A DNA stretch of 64,000 nucleotides from Dehalococcoidia bacterium (GTDB lineage Bacteria > Chloroflexota > Dehalococcoidia > UBA2979): positions 2,784,001 to 2,848,000 of the forward strand of contig OZ244720.1 in assembly GCA_965219085.1 (NCBI GenBank). Reading direction: 5' to 3'. The position numbers and the translations under genes were made by a program. Shown here in pieces: positions 36,427-45,818 of this stretch (positions within the stretch are counted from its first letter, which is position 1; every line of letters begins with the position of its first letter). The notes beneath the pieces are model-generated. The model did not search any database. It had not been told where the DNA came from and worked only from the letters and a program-made list of their open reading frames with translations.

Positions 36427-37167
36427 ATGCGGCTCGACATCCTCACGCTCTTCCCGGGCATCTTCCGCGGCCCGCTCGACGAGACGATCCTGCGCCGCGC
36501 CATGGACGCCGGCCTCGTCGAGGTGGAACTGCATGACCTGCGCGAGTGGGCTACGGACCGCCACCGCACCGTCGACGACTACCCGTTCGGCGGCGGCCCC
36601 GGCATGGTGATGAAGCCCGAGCCGATCTTCGCCGCCGTCGAGGCGATCCAGCCGCTCGCGGAGCCCGAGGCGCCCGTCGTGCTGATGACCCCGCAGGGCC
36701 GGCGCCTCGACCACGCGCTCGCCGTCGAGCTTGCCGCGCAGCCGCGCCTGCTCATCGTGTGCGGGCGCTACGAGGGCGTCGACGAGCGTGTGCGCGAGCA
36801 CCTCGTCGACGTCGAAGTCTCTGTTGCCGATGTAGTGGTGTCGGGCGGTGAGTTGCCGGCGCTCCTGCTCCTCGACGCGCTCGTGCGTCGCGTACCGGGT
36901 GTGCTCGGCGGCGAGGGCTCGCTCGCCGAGGAGTCGTTCGAGGGCGGGCTGCTCGAGTATCCGCAGTACACGCGCCCGGCGGAGTTCCGGGGGTGGACGC
37001 CCCCCGACGTGCTGCTGTCCGGCCACCACGGCGAGATCGCGAAGTGGCGCCGTCGCCAGCGCCTCGCGCGCACGCGCGCACGCCGCCCGGACCTGCTCGA
37101 CGCCGCCGAGCTCAGCGACGAGGATCGCGCGTGGCTCGACGCCAACCCGGAGCCGCCCCTAGACTGA
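36427..37167 (+). CDS. trmD: tRNA (guanine-N1)-methyltransferase
   Basis: DDYPFGGGPGMVM, CGRYEGVDER, SGGELPA, LEYPQYTRP. Confidence 0.96.
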   Translation: MRLDILTLFPGIFRGPLDETILRRAMDAGLVEVELHDLREWATDRHRTVDDYPFGGGPGMVMKPEPIFAAVEAIQPLAEPEAPVVLMTPQGRRLDHALAVELAAQPRLLIVCGRYEGVDERVREHLVDVEVSVADVVVSGGELPALLLLDALVRRVPGVLGGEGSLAEESFEGGLLEYPQYTRPAEFRGWTPPDVLLSGHHGEIAKWRRRQRLARTRARRPDLLDAAELSDEDRAWLDANPEPPLD

Positions 37168-37203
37168 GGAGCCGACCCGGACACCGCAGCACGCGAGCAC
37201 ACG

Positions 37204-37551
37204 ATGGCCATCGACCTGCGCGACATTGCGCCCCCCCGCAACGACACGATCCCCGAGTTCCGAGCGGGTGACAACGTCGCCGTCCACGTGCGCGTGGTGG
37301 AGGGGGACCGTGAACGCATCCAGTTGTTCGAGGGCACCGTGCTACGCGTCCGCAAGGGCTACAACGGCAGCTTCACCGTCCGCCGCATCTCCTCGGGCGT
37401 GGGCGTCGAGCGCACCTTCCCGCTCAACGGCAAGCGCATCGACAGGGTCGAGGTGACGCGCCGGGGCCGCGTCCGCCGCTCGCGGCTGTACTACCTGCGC
37501 GGCCGCACCGGCCGCGCCGCGCGCGTGCGTGAGGCCCGCCGCCGCTCGTAA
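37204..37551 (+). CDS. rplS: 50S ribosomal protein L19
   Basis: [31 protein letters not shown]. Confidence 0.96.
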   Translation: MAIDLRDIAPPRNDTIPEFRAGDNVAVHVRVVEGDRERIQLFEGTVLRVRKGYNGSFTVRRISSGVGVERTFPLNGKRIDRVEVTRRGRVRRSRLYYLRGRTGRAARVREARRRS

Positions 37552-37562
37552 CTGCGAGGCAG

Positions 37563-37805
37563 TTACGAGGACACAGCAGCGGCGATCGTTGCAGCCGCGA
37601 CCATGCCGGCGAGCATTGTCCCCACCATCCATCTGGTCAGGCGGCTCTCCAGTTGGTGCATTTCGGAGCGTAGCTCGGCACGGAATACATCGAGCTTCGA
37701 GTCCAGTTGCGTCCGGGTTACTTCTAGCTCCGACCGGATCACATCAAGCTCGGATCGGAGCACCTCTCGTGTAACGAACTCGCTTGATGGGGCCTCGGTT
37801 GTCAT
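37563..37805 (-). CDS. DUF1640/CCDC90-like coiled-coil protein with C-terminal TM
   Basis: FVTREVLRSEL heptads ... LESRLTRWMVGTMLAG; GGAG RBS. Confidence 0.7.
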   Translation of the reverse strand: MTTEAPSSEFVTREVLRSELDVIRSELEVTRTQLDSKLDVFRAELRSEMHQLESRLTRWMVGTMLAGMVAAATIAAAVSS

Positions 37806-37922
37806 GGCTGTATGTTCTTCTCCATCCGCGGGAGCGGAACGATACTTTAGCATAAAATAACTGTTGAGTTACGCATCCGTATTGTTGTGAGCCCCTACCG
37901 GATCGCTCCGTATCATCGCAGT

Positions 37923-40622
37923 ATGACCACCGAACCGTCCGGCGAGGCTCGCGCGCGCTTTGTGCAGGTGGCCGTCAACTCCGGGCGGCCCACGTTCATG
38001 ACCTTCTCCTACCGCGTCCCGCGCGGTCGCGAGGTCGAGCCGGGCGAGGTCGTGCATGTCCCCTTCGGGCGGCGCGAGCTACAGGGCGTGGTCGTCGAGG
38101 ATCCGACGGACCTGCCGGGCTACTCCGGCGACATTCGCGAACTGCTCCCGCGCGTCGAGGGCGCACCGCGCCTCGACGGGACGCAGCTGCAACTCGCGTC
38201 GTGGATCGCCGAGTACTACCTCGCCCCGCCGTGGGAGGCCCACGCGCTGATGCTGCCGCCCGGCGCAGGCGAGCGCCCGCGCACGCTCGTCGTGCGCGGC
38301 GAGGGTGCGCGACCCGCGACGCTCTCCGAGCGCCAGGAGCGGCTCTACGAACTACTCGACGAGACGCCGCGCGAGGTCGGCGAGCTGCGGTCCGCCGTCG
38401 GCGCGCGCGGCTTTGACGCGACGTTCGGCTCGCTCGTCCGGCGCGGCCTGGCCGAACGCCGCTACGAGCTTGCCCGGCCGCGCGGTCGGCCGCGCATCGT
38501 CGAGGTCGTGCGACTCGCGGTCGACGCCGAGCGAGCGCGCGCGTTCGCCGCGAACATCGAGGGCCGGCGGGCCTCACGGCGGGCGCGGGCGTTGCGCGCG
38601 CTCCTCGACGCCGGCGGAGAGCCGATCCCGTTCGACGAGCTCGGACGGATCGCGCGCGGTGCGCCGGCGGTGGAGACGCTCATCTCCGACGGCCTGCTGG
38701 AGGTCGACGGGCAGCGCAACGTCCGGCTCGCCCTCGATCCTGCTGCCGCCGAAGGGCGCATCCGCGAGCTGACGCGCACGCGCGCGCAGGCCGCGGGCGC
38801 GGCGCTGCTCGAACGGCTCGCTGGTGAGCCGGCGATCGAGCTGCGCGTGAGCGAGCTCGCGCGCGAGTTCGGCGCCGGCGCGGGCGAGGCGGTCGAGCAC
38901 CTGCGCGACGCGGGGCTCATCGAGGTTGCCGAGGTGCTCGACGAGCGCGACCCGCTGCGCGACCTCGACGTGGCCGTGCGCCCGCCGGTCGAGTTGCTGC
39001 ACGAGCAGCGCGCGGCGGGGGCAGCGATCCGCGCCGCGATCGACCGCGGCGACGGCAGCACGCTGCTGCTGAACGGCGTCACGGGCAGCGGCAAGACCGA
39101 GGTCTACCTCGATGCGCTCGCGCACGCGGTGAGCCTCGGACGGCGCGGGATCGTGCTCGTGCCGGAGATTGCGCTCACGCCACAGACCGTGCGGCGCTTC
39201 GCCGAGCGCTTCCCCGGCGGCGTTGGCGTCCTGCACTCCGGCCTCTCGCTCGGCGAGGCGTACGACCAGTGGACGCAGATCGCCGCGGGCAAGTTCGACG
39301 TCGTGATCGGCTCTCGCTCTGCGATCTTCGCGCCGCAGCCGGACCTCGGGCTGATCGTCGTCGACGAGGCGCACGAGTGGACCTACAAGCAGCACGACCC
39401 CGCGCCCCGCTACGACGCCCGTACCGTCGCCGAGTACCTCGGAGCAGTGACCGGCGCGGCCGTGGTATTCGGCACCGCCACCCCGGACGCCGAGCGCTGG
39501 TACTCCGCCGCCGAGGGGCACATCGAGCGGCTCGACTTGCCGCGCCGGTTGCGCGCCGTGCGGCAGCCCGGCGGCGAGACGCAGCTCTGGCCCGCCGGGG
39601 AGCTGCCGGAGATCGAGATCGTCGACGTGCGCGGTGCGCGGGAGCTGTTGTCGGGCACGCTCGCCGCGGCGATTGGGCACGCCCTCGACCGCGACGAGCA
39701 GGCGCTGCTGTTCCTCAACCGCCGCGGGCTGGCCGGCTTCCTGCTCTGCGCGCGGGGGCACTCCCCCGCCTGCCCGAGCTGCGACGTGTCGCTCTCGCTG
39801 CACCATCCCCGTGATGCCGAACCGGGCGCCGTGGGGCGCCTGATCTGCCACCAGTGCAGCCGCTCGCGACCGGCGTCACCCCGGTGTGAGGAGTGCGGCG
39901 GTGCGCTCCGCCCGGCGCAGGCCGGCACACAGGCGGTCGAGCGCGAGGTGCGTCGGCTGTTCCCAACGGCACGGATCGTGCGCTGGGACCGCGACACCGC
40001 GCGCCGCCAGTCCGACCACGACGCCATCCTCGGCCAGTTGCAGCGGCACGAGGTGGACGTGCTGGTCGGCACGCAGATGATCGCGAAGGGCCTCGACCTG
40101 CCGCTTGTCACGCTCGTCGGCGTCGTGCTCGCCGACTACGGGCTACGGTCCGGCGACTTCCGCGCGCGCGAGCGCACGTTCCAGCTGCTGACGCAGGTCG
40201 CGGGCCGCGCGGGCCGCGCCGACCTGCACGGGCGCGTCATCGTCCAGACGCTGGCGCCCGACGACCGCGTCATCGAGGCCGTCGCGGCCTACGACGCCGA
40301 CGGGTTCTTCGAGGAGGAGCTGCGCTGGCGCGCCGAGTTCCGCTACCCGCCGTTCATCCGCCTCGCACGCCTGGTCTTCGGCCACACCAACGCCACGTTC
40401 GCGGTCGAGGAGGCGCACCGCATGCGCGACGAGTTGCGCCGTGTCGCCGCCGGGCTGCCGGGCGCCGACGTGCTGGGGCCCGCGCCCCCGCAGATCGCGC
40501 GCCGCCGGGGGCGTCACCGCTGGGCGCTGCTCGTGCGCGCGCCCGACCCCGGCGAGGTGCTGCGCGAGGTCGAGCTGCCACTCGGCTGGACGGTCGACGT
40601 CGACCCGGTGCTGCTCGACTGA
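37923..40622 (+). CDS. priA: Primosomal protein N'
   Basis: GVTGSGKTEVY, LVPEIALTPQ, DEAH, Zn-finger cysteines, GTQMIAKGLD, QVAGRAGR. Confidence 0.95.
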   Translation: MTTEPSGEARARFVQVAVNSGRPTFMTFSYRVPRGREVEPGEVVHVPFGRRELQGVVVEDPTDLPGYSGDIRELLPRVEGAPRLDGTQLQLASWIAEYYLAPPWEAHALMLPPGAGERPRTLVVRGEGARPATLSERQERLYELLDETPREVGELRSAVGARGFDATFGSLVRRGLAERRYELARPRGRPRIVEVVRLAVDAERARAFAANIEGRRASRRARALRALLDAGGEPIPFDELGRIARGAPAVETLISDGLLEVDGQRNVRLALDPAAAEGRIRELTRTRAQAAGAALLERLAGEPAIELRVSELAREFGAGAGEAVEHLRDAGLIEVAEVLDERDPLRDLDVAVRPPVELLHEQRAAGAAIRAAIDRGDGSTLLLNGVTGSGKTEVYLDALAHAVSLGRRGIVLVPEIALTPQTVRRFAERFPGGVGVLHSGLSLGEAYDQWTQIAAGKFDVVIGSRSAIFAPQPDLGLIVVDEAHEWTYKQHDPAPRYDARTVAEYLGAVTGAAVVFGTATPDAERWYSAAEGHIERLDLPRRLRAVRQPGGETQLWPAGELPEIEIVDVRGARELLSGTLAAAIGHALDRDEQALLFLNRRGLAGFLLCARGHSPACPSCDVSLSLHHPRDAEPGAVGRLICHQCSRSRPASPRCEECGGALRPAQAGTQAVEREVRRLFPTARIVRWDRDTARRQSDHDAILGQLQRHEVDVLVGTQMIAKGLDLPLVTLVGVVLADYGLRSGDFRARERTFQLLTQVAGRAGRADLHGRVIVQTLAPDDRVIEAVAAYDADGFFEEELRWRAEFRYPPFIRLARLVFGHTNATFAVEEAHRMRDELRRVAAGLPGADVLGPAPPQIARRRGRHRWALLVRAPDPGEVLREVELPLGWTVDVDPVLLD

Positions 40623-40718
40623 GCACGAGCGAAGGCGGCGCGGACGCTTGCGGGGATGTCGTCTAGAATCGAGCCTCCGCGAGCACGCCGTTTGCGCCGA
40701 CCACAGCAGGAGCCAGCG

Positions 40719-41249
40719 CTGACCGTCCGACCCATCCGTTACCTCGGGGACCCGGTGCTGCGCCGACGCGCAAGCGCGGTGCCGCACGTCGACGACTCGA
40801 TCCGCGGTCTCGTCGACGACCTGATCGAGTCGATGTACGCCGCGGACGGCGTGGGCCTCGCCGCCCCGCAGATCGGCGTGGGGCTGCGTATCGTGGTACT
40901 GGGCATGCCCGACGAGGATCCCGTGCCGATCATCAACCCGGTCATCGTCGAGCGATCCGGCGAACGCACGCTTGAGGGTGAAGGGTGCCTCTCGGTTCCC
41001 GGCTACCGTGGCAGCGTCACACGCTCGCAGGAGGTGACGGTCGAGGGGCTGGACGCCGAGGGCCGCGAGTTGCGGATCACCGCCTGCGACAACCTGCTCG
41101 CCCAGGCTATCGAGCACGAGGTCGACCACGTCAACGGCATGCTGTACGTGGATCGTCTGACCAGCATCGATACGCTGGTGAAGCTCGAGAGCGGCGACTG
41201 GGGCCCCGATGCGGGCGACGCAGAACCGGACGGGAACGGAGGCGACTGA
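40719..41249 (+). CDS. def: Peptide deformylase (probable CTG start)
   Basis: GVGLAAPQIG, EGCLS, HEVDH; AGGAG RBS before CTG 40719. Confidence 0.93.
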   Translation: MTVRPIRYLGDPVLRRRASAVPHVDDSIRGLVDDLIESMYAADGVGLAAPQIGVGLRIVVLGMPDEDPVPIINPVIVERSGERTLEGEGCLSVPGYRGSVTRSQEVTVEGLDAEGRELRITACDNLLAQAIEHEVDHVNGMLYVDRLTSIDTLVKLESGDWGPDAGDAEPDGNGGD

Positions 41250-41557
41250 TGGAGTTCTTCGTCGCGCTGCTGTTCGTCGTCGCGGCCTTCTATTTCATCC
41301 TGCTGCGGCCCGTGATGCGTCAGCAGCGCCGCCGCCGCAGCGACCTCGCCGCGCTCGACGTGGGCGACGAGGTGCTGACGAGCGGGGGGTTCTACGCGAC
41401 CGTGCGGGCGATCCACACGATGGAAGAGGGCCCGCAGGAGATCATGCTCGAGGTCGCCCCCGGCGTGGAGCTGCGGGCGACTCCGGACGCCATCCAGAAC
41501 GTGACCCCCCGCACCCCCGAGGGCGCCGGGTCCCCCGATGAGACGGATTCCGCGTAG
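41249..41557 (+). CDS. yajC: Preprotein translocase subunit YajC
   Basis: FYFILLRP, GDEVLTSGGFY; upstream of secD. Confidence 0.9.
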   Translation: MEFFVALLFVVAAFYFILLRPVMRQQRRRRSDLAALDVGDEVLTSGGFYATVRAIHTMEEGPQEIMLEVAPGVELRATPDAIQNVTPRTPEGAGSPDETDSA

Positions 41558-41577
41558 GTGCGAACCGGGCCGACATC

Positions 41578-43014
41578 GTGATCAGACGCATCCTCCCGCT
41601 GTTCGGCCTCTTCGTGCTTGCCGCGACCTCGCTGTACGTCGTCTGGCCCTCGGAGCCCGACAAGTGGCTCCCGTCCGTTGTCCCGTGGCCCGAGGGTCAA
41701 GGCGTCACCATCGGCAACTTCGAGCGCGAGACGATCCGCCTCGGCCTCGACCTGCAGGGCGGCTCGCGGCTGCTCCTCCAGGCGTCGCTCCCCGAGGGCG
41801 CCGAGGGTGACATCGACGACGGCATCGAGGGTGCGCTGCGCGTGTTGCGCCGCCGCGTCGACGCCTCCGGCGTCGCCGAAGCCGAGGTGACGCGCCAGGG
41901 CGAGAGCAACATCTCGATCCAGCTGCCCGGGCTCGAACCCGAGGAGGCGCGCGCGCTGCTCGGCCGCACCGCGCTGCTCCGGTTCTGCCAGGCCGCCGGC
42001 GACCTCGGCGCCGGCACGCCGTGCGACGAGTCGGGCCAGTGGGTGCAGGCGCAGGGCATCCTCGACGGGCAGGCCACCGCCCTGACCGGGCGCTTCCTGC
42101 GCCCCAACTCGTTCGTCGGCGCCGACCCGCTCGGCAACCCCGTGGTCCAGTTCGAGTGGACCGGCGAGGGCGCGGTCCTGTCCGAGCAGGTCACCGGGCG
42201 GCTGGTTGGCCAGCAACTCGCGATCTTCCTCGACAACGAGTTGCTATCGGCGCCCGTGGTGCGGGCCGTGATCACGGACCGGGGCATTATCGACGGCATG
42301 CCGCTGACCTCGATCGAGGGCCGCACCGGCGCGCGCGAGCTCGTCGTGCAACTCAACTCCGGTGCGCTGCCCGTCCAGCTCACCGTGCTCCAGGAGCAGG
42401 AGGTCGACGCGACGCTCGGCGAGGACTCGGTGCAGCGTTCGGTGCTGGCGGGCGAGATCGGCCTGCTGCTCGTGGCGCTGTTCATGATCCTCTACTACCG
42501 CGTGCCGGGATTCCTCGCGGCCGTCGCGCTGCTCATCTACACGCTCCTCACGATGGCGGTGTTCAAGCTGATCCCGGTCACGCTCAACCTCGCGGGGATC
42601 GCGGCGTTCGTGCTCTCGGTCGGTATGGCCGTCGACGCGAACATCCTGATCTTCGAGCGCATGAAGGAGGAGCTGCGCGGCGGCCGTGCGTACCGCACGG
42701 CGCTCGACGCCGGCTTCGCCCGGGCGTGGTCCTCGATCCGCGACTCGAACGTGAGCACGCTCATCACCTGCTTCATCCTCTTCATCCTCGGCGGTGGCCT
42801 CGAGGTGCCCGGCCTCGGCGCGTTCGAGGCGCCGCTGGTGCAGGGCTTCGCCGTGACGCTGGCCGTCGGCGTGCTGCTCTCGATGTTCTCGGCGATCACC
42901 GTCACCCGCACGCTCATGAAGGCGCTCGCGGGCACGCGCTTTGCGCGCCAGCCGGACCTGCTCGGCACCGGCGTGCGCTCCTACCGGGGCGCGCGCGAGG
43001 CGACCGAGGGATAG
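41578..43014 (+). CDS. secD: Protein translocase subunit SecD
   Basis: LGLDLQGG, LNSGALPV, GMAVDANILIFER, DSNVST. Confidence 0.95.
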   Translation: MIRRILPLFGLFVLAATSLYVVWPSEPDKWLPSVVPWPEGQGVTIGNFERETIRLGLDLQGGSRLLLQASLPEGAEGDIDDGIEGALRVLRRRVDASGVAEAEVTRQGESNISIQLPGLEPEEARALLGRTALLRFCQAAGDLGAGTPCDESGQWVQAQGILDGQATALTGRFLRPNSFVGADPLGNPVVQFEWTGEGAVLSEQVTGRLVGQQLAIFLDNELLSAPVVRAVITDRGIIDGMPLTSIEGRTGARELVVQLNSGALPVQLTVLQEQEVDATLGEDSVQRSVLAGEIGLLLVALFMILYYRVPGFLAAVALLIYTLLTMAVFKLIPVTLNLAGIAAFVLSVGMAVDANILIFERMKEELRGGRAYRTALDAGFARAWSSIRDSNVSTLITCFILFILGGGLEVPGLGAFEAPLVQGFAVTLAVGVLLSMFSAITVTRTLMKALAGTRFARQPDLLGTGVRSYRGAREATEG

Positions 43015-43023
43015 GCGGCGCCG

Positions 43024-44499
43024 ATGCGATCACTCGACCTCGTCGGCACCCGCAAGTGGTTCTTCGTGTTGAGCGGGACGATCGTCGTCGTCTCGCTCGT
43101 GCTGCTCGCGATCCCGCCCACACTGCGCCCGGGCATCGAGTTCACCGCCGGAACCACTACGCTCGTGCGCTTCAACCGCAACGTCGACCAGGCGGACCTG
43201 CGCGCGGCCTACGCCGAACTCGGTCACCCCGAGGCGCGCATCCAGTCGACCGGCGATCGCGAGTACCTGATCCGCACCAGCGAGCTGCGCGTCCCCGACA
43301 GCGCGCTGATCGAGGTCAACCCGACGGCTACGCCGGACGACGCGCCGACATCGGAGCTCGGCACGGTGCTGCTCGGCGCGGAGGGCGCCGAGGGCGAGAT
43401 CGCGCTGCGCGTGTTCAACTTCGCGGTCTGCGACTTCGGCGGCGAGATCGAGCCTCCCTTCCCCGCCGGCAGAGACGCCGTCGTGTTCGAGGAGGTCCGG
43501 GAATCAGACTGCGAGACGGCCATCGAGGACGCGACCGGCGACTCCGGGGACGCCGACGCCACGGATACGCCCGACGACGCGGTCGAGGAAGAACCTGAGA
43601 CGACGGCCACGCCGGACGACGCCGCCGAGGAGCCCGACGCCACTGAGACGCCGGACGCCACGACCGAGGAGGAACCCACCGAGGACGAGGGCGAACTCCT
43701 CGCCTACCGCGTCCAGGTCGGCGGGGCAGACGGGACGACAGGCTTCGTCGCGCCGGCCGACACGCACGGATTCCTCGCGCCCGGCGAGGGGCGGGCGGAG
43801 CCCGAGACGCCCGCCAAAGACCTCGGCGAACGCGGCGAGATCGAGTCCGCGCTGGCGAAGCAGTTCGGGCGCTTCGAGGTGCTGGAGTTCGCCGCGGTCT
43901 CCGCGGTCGTGTCCACGCAGGCGGTACGCAACGCGACCATCGCCGTGGGGGTCGCGGCGGTGTTCATCATGGCCTACATCGTCTTCGCGTTCTCGAGCGT
44001 GCCGAGGCCGATGCGCTACGCCTCGGCCGCCATCGTCGCGCTGGCGCACGACACCATCATCGTGCTCGGCGCGTTCTCGCTCTTCGGGAAGGTGTTCGAG
44101 ATGGAGATCAACCTGATGTTCGTGACCGGCGTGCTCACCGTCATCGGTTTCTCCGTGCATGACACCATCGTGATCTTCGACCGTGTGCGCGAGAACGTGC
44201 GCATCGCGCCGCAGGCGCGGTTCTCCGACAGCGTGAACGCCGCGCTTGTGCAGACGCTCGGACGCTCGCTGAACACGTCGATCACGCTGGTGCTCACGAT
44301 CCTCGCGCTGCTGTGGCTGGGCGGATCGACGATCCAGCCGTTCCTCATCGTGCTGCTGGTGGGCGTGATCGCGGGGGCCTACTCGAGCATCGCGATCGCG
44401 GCGCAGGTGCTCGTGGCGTGGGACGAGGGCGACTTCTCGAGGCTGCTCGGCCGCTTCCGTCGTGGCGGCGAGTCCGAGGAGGAAGCGGCGGCGACGTAG
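43024..44499 (+). CDS. secF: Protein translocase subunit SecF with large extracytoplasmic insertion
   Basis: GIEFTAG, HD, GFSVHDTIVIFDRVREN, RSLNTS, GAYSSI. Confidence 0.93.
   Translation: MRSLDLVGTRKWFFVLSGTIVVVSLVLLAIPPTLRPGIEFTAGTTTLVRFNRNVDQADLRAAYAELGHPEARIQSTGDREYLIRTSELRVPDSALIEVNPTATPDDAPTSELGTVLLGAEGAEGEIALRVFNFAVCDFGGEIEPPFPAGRDAVVFEEVRESDCETAIEDATGDSGDADATDTPDDAVEEEPETTATPDDAAEEPDATETPDATTEEEPTEDEGELLAYRVQVGGADGTTGFVAPADTHGFLAPGEGRAEPETPAKDLGERGEIESALAKQFGRFEVLEFAAVSAVVSTQAVRNATIAVGVAAVFIMAYIVFAFSSVPRPMRYASAAIVALAHDTIIVLGAFSLFGKVFEMEINLMFVTGVLTVIGFSVHDTIVIFDRVRENVRIAPQARFSDSVNAALVQTLGRSLNTSITLVLTILALLWLGGSTIQPFLIVLLVGVIAGAYSSIAIAAQVLVAWDEGDFSRLLGRFRRGGESEEEAAAT
43555..43690 (+). 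repeat. Degenerate acidic repeats inside the secF insertion
   Basis: DATDTPDDAVEEEP / ETTATPDDAAEEP / DATETPDATTEEEP. Confidence 0.7.
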
Positions 44500-44528
44500 G
44501 CGCGGCTAGACGGGGTGCGCCGCTATCC

Positions 44529-44732
44529 TCAGAGGTTCAGCGCCGCCAGGATGATAGTCAGGACCGTGACATTGGCGCCTACGATCAGGCCGCCGAGGTG
44601 GAGCCGCAGCCGCGCCAGTTCGTAGCGCAGCTCATCCCTTGAGACCGAGCGTGCCTCGATCGCGTCGGCCAGGGCTCGCGCCTGGTCTGACGTAAAGCCG
44701 GCGGATTCGAGGTTATGCACGGTCTCCAGCAT
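44529..44732 (-). CDS. DUF1640-like small protein
   Basis: MLETVHNLESAGFTSDQARALADAI..., C-terminal TM; TACAAT -10 and GGGAAGG RBS. Confidence 0.7.
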   Translation of the reverse strand: MLETVHNLESAGFTSDQARALADAIEARSVSRDELRYELARLRLHLGGLIVGANVTVLTIILAALNL

Positions 44733-44882
44733 GTGGCCGCCCTTCCCGGCTCCCATTGTACGCATCAGCACAAGTTTTCGTATGTGGTGCATAAAGGGGC
44801 CTGGTGCCGGTCAGCGCCAGCGCCTTGCGCGGCGCACTAAGACGGGGATGGTAGTATCGACAGCCAGAAGAGTGAAGGGTTC

Positions 44883-45452
44883 ATGGCGTACCTTCGCCTA
44901 CTCGCGGCGGCAGCAGTGCTAGCGCTGGTGATCGCCGCGCTGGCCGTCATCTTCGCCACGCCGGACGGTCCCGTATCCGAAGAAGCTGTGACTGAGGGCA
45001 ATGGCCCCGACAGCGGCCCCAAGGTGAAACCCACGGTCACGGTCACGCACGCAGCAACGCCTACGCCGACTAGGCGCACATGGCCATCACCTCCCGAGCC
45101 GCTGGGGTTCACCGTCGAAGGCACCGGCCCCGCCGACGTGTTCTACCACGTCAAGGCTGCCGGACTGCTCCTCTGCCGTGCCTCGGTGGCGGGGAACGTC
45201 AGGCCCGACGGCACCGCTGGCTACTTCAGGGTCAAGATCAAGGGCGCAGACCCCCTCTACGACCTCTTTTCCAGCGAGATCGCCGGAGAAGTCGAAGATA
45301 CAGGCTACGTTACGTTCGCTGCGGGCGACCGCGACACATGGCCTCCCGATGCGCTGTGGCCCCGCGACGAAGACGGTAACCAGCACTTCTCCATCGATGT
45401 CCTCGCGGAGCGGGGTGCCCGCTGGATCGTGTCGTGTGCCGAGGAGGACTAG
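44883..45452 (+). CDS. Hypothetical exported protein
   Basis: N-terminal hydrophobic segment, Pro/Thr linker, beta-rich C-terminal domain with two Cys. Confidence 0.7.
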   Translation: MAYLRLLAAAAVLALVIAALAVIFATPDGPVSEEAVTEGNGPDSGPKVKPTVTVTHAATPTPTRRTWPSPPEPLGFTVEGTGPADVFYHVKAAGLLLCRASVAGNVRPDGTAGYFRVKIKGADPLYDLFSSEIAGEVEDTGYVTFAAGDRDTWPPDALWPRDEDGNQHFSIDVLAERGARWIVSCAEED

Positions 45453-45455
45453 GGC

Positions 45456-45806
45456 ATGCGCTACGTGACCTTCCTGGTGGGTGGGATCCTGCTCGGCGTC
45501 GTCGTGTTCGGCGTCGCCTCGTCCGAGTCGTGGCCGGAAACTCAGTCCCCTGAGCACATGCACGTCTGCACAGGCCTCGAGGTCCTCTGGCCCGGCGACT
45601 GGGCCGGCACGGTCCGGGTGATTCACACCCACGGAAACGGGCACCACCCCTCCCACCTGGCTATGGGGAACCCCGAGACCGATCGAGACCCCCGTACCCT
45701 GCACCGCCGCGTTCGATGCCTCGAACACGCGTGGCCAGGATGGGAGCACAGCATCTACGAACCGCACCCCTACCACCCGGACTTCCAGCCCAGCGACGTG
45801 TGGTAG
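45456..45806 (+). CDS. Hypothetical His/Pro/Trp-rich exported protein
   Basis: Signal-like N-terminus; many His; GAGGA RBS. Confidence 0.6.
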   Translation: MRYVTFLVGGILLGVVVFGVASSESWPETQSPEHMHVCTGLEVLWPGDWAGTVRVIHTHGNGHHPSHLAMGNPETDRDPRTLHRRVRCLEHAWPGWEHSIYEPHPYHPDFQPSDVW

Positions 45807-45818
45807 GGAGGCACTGAT

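Noticed and set aside
37805-37925. Divergent genes both starting MTTE (possible inverted duplication)
   Set aside because: Nucleotide similarity is limited to a few codons and the upstream sequences do not match
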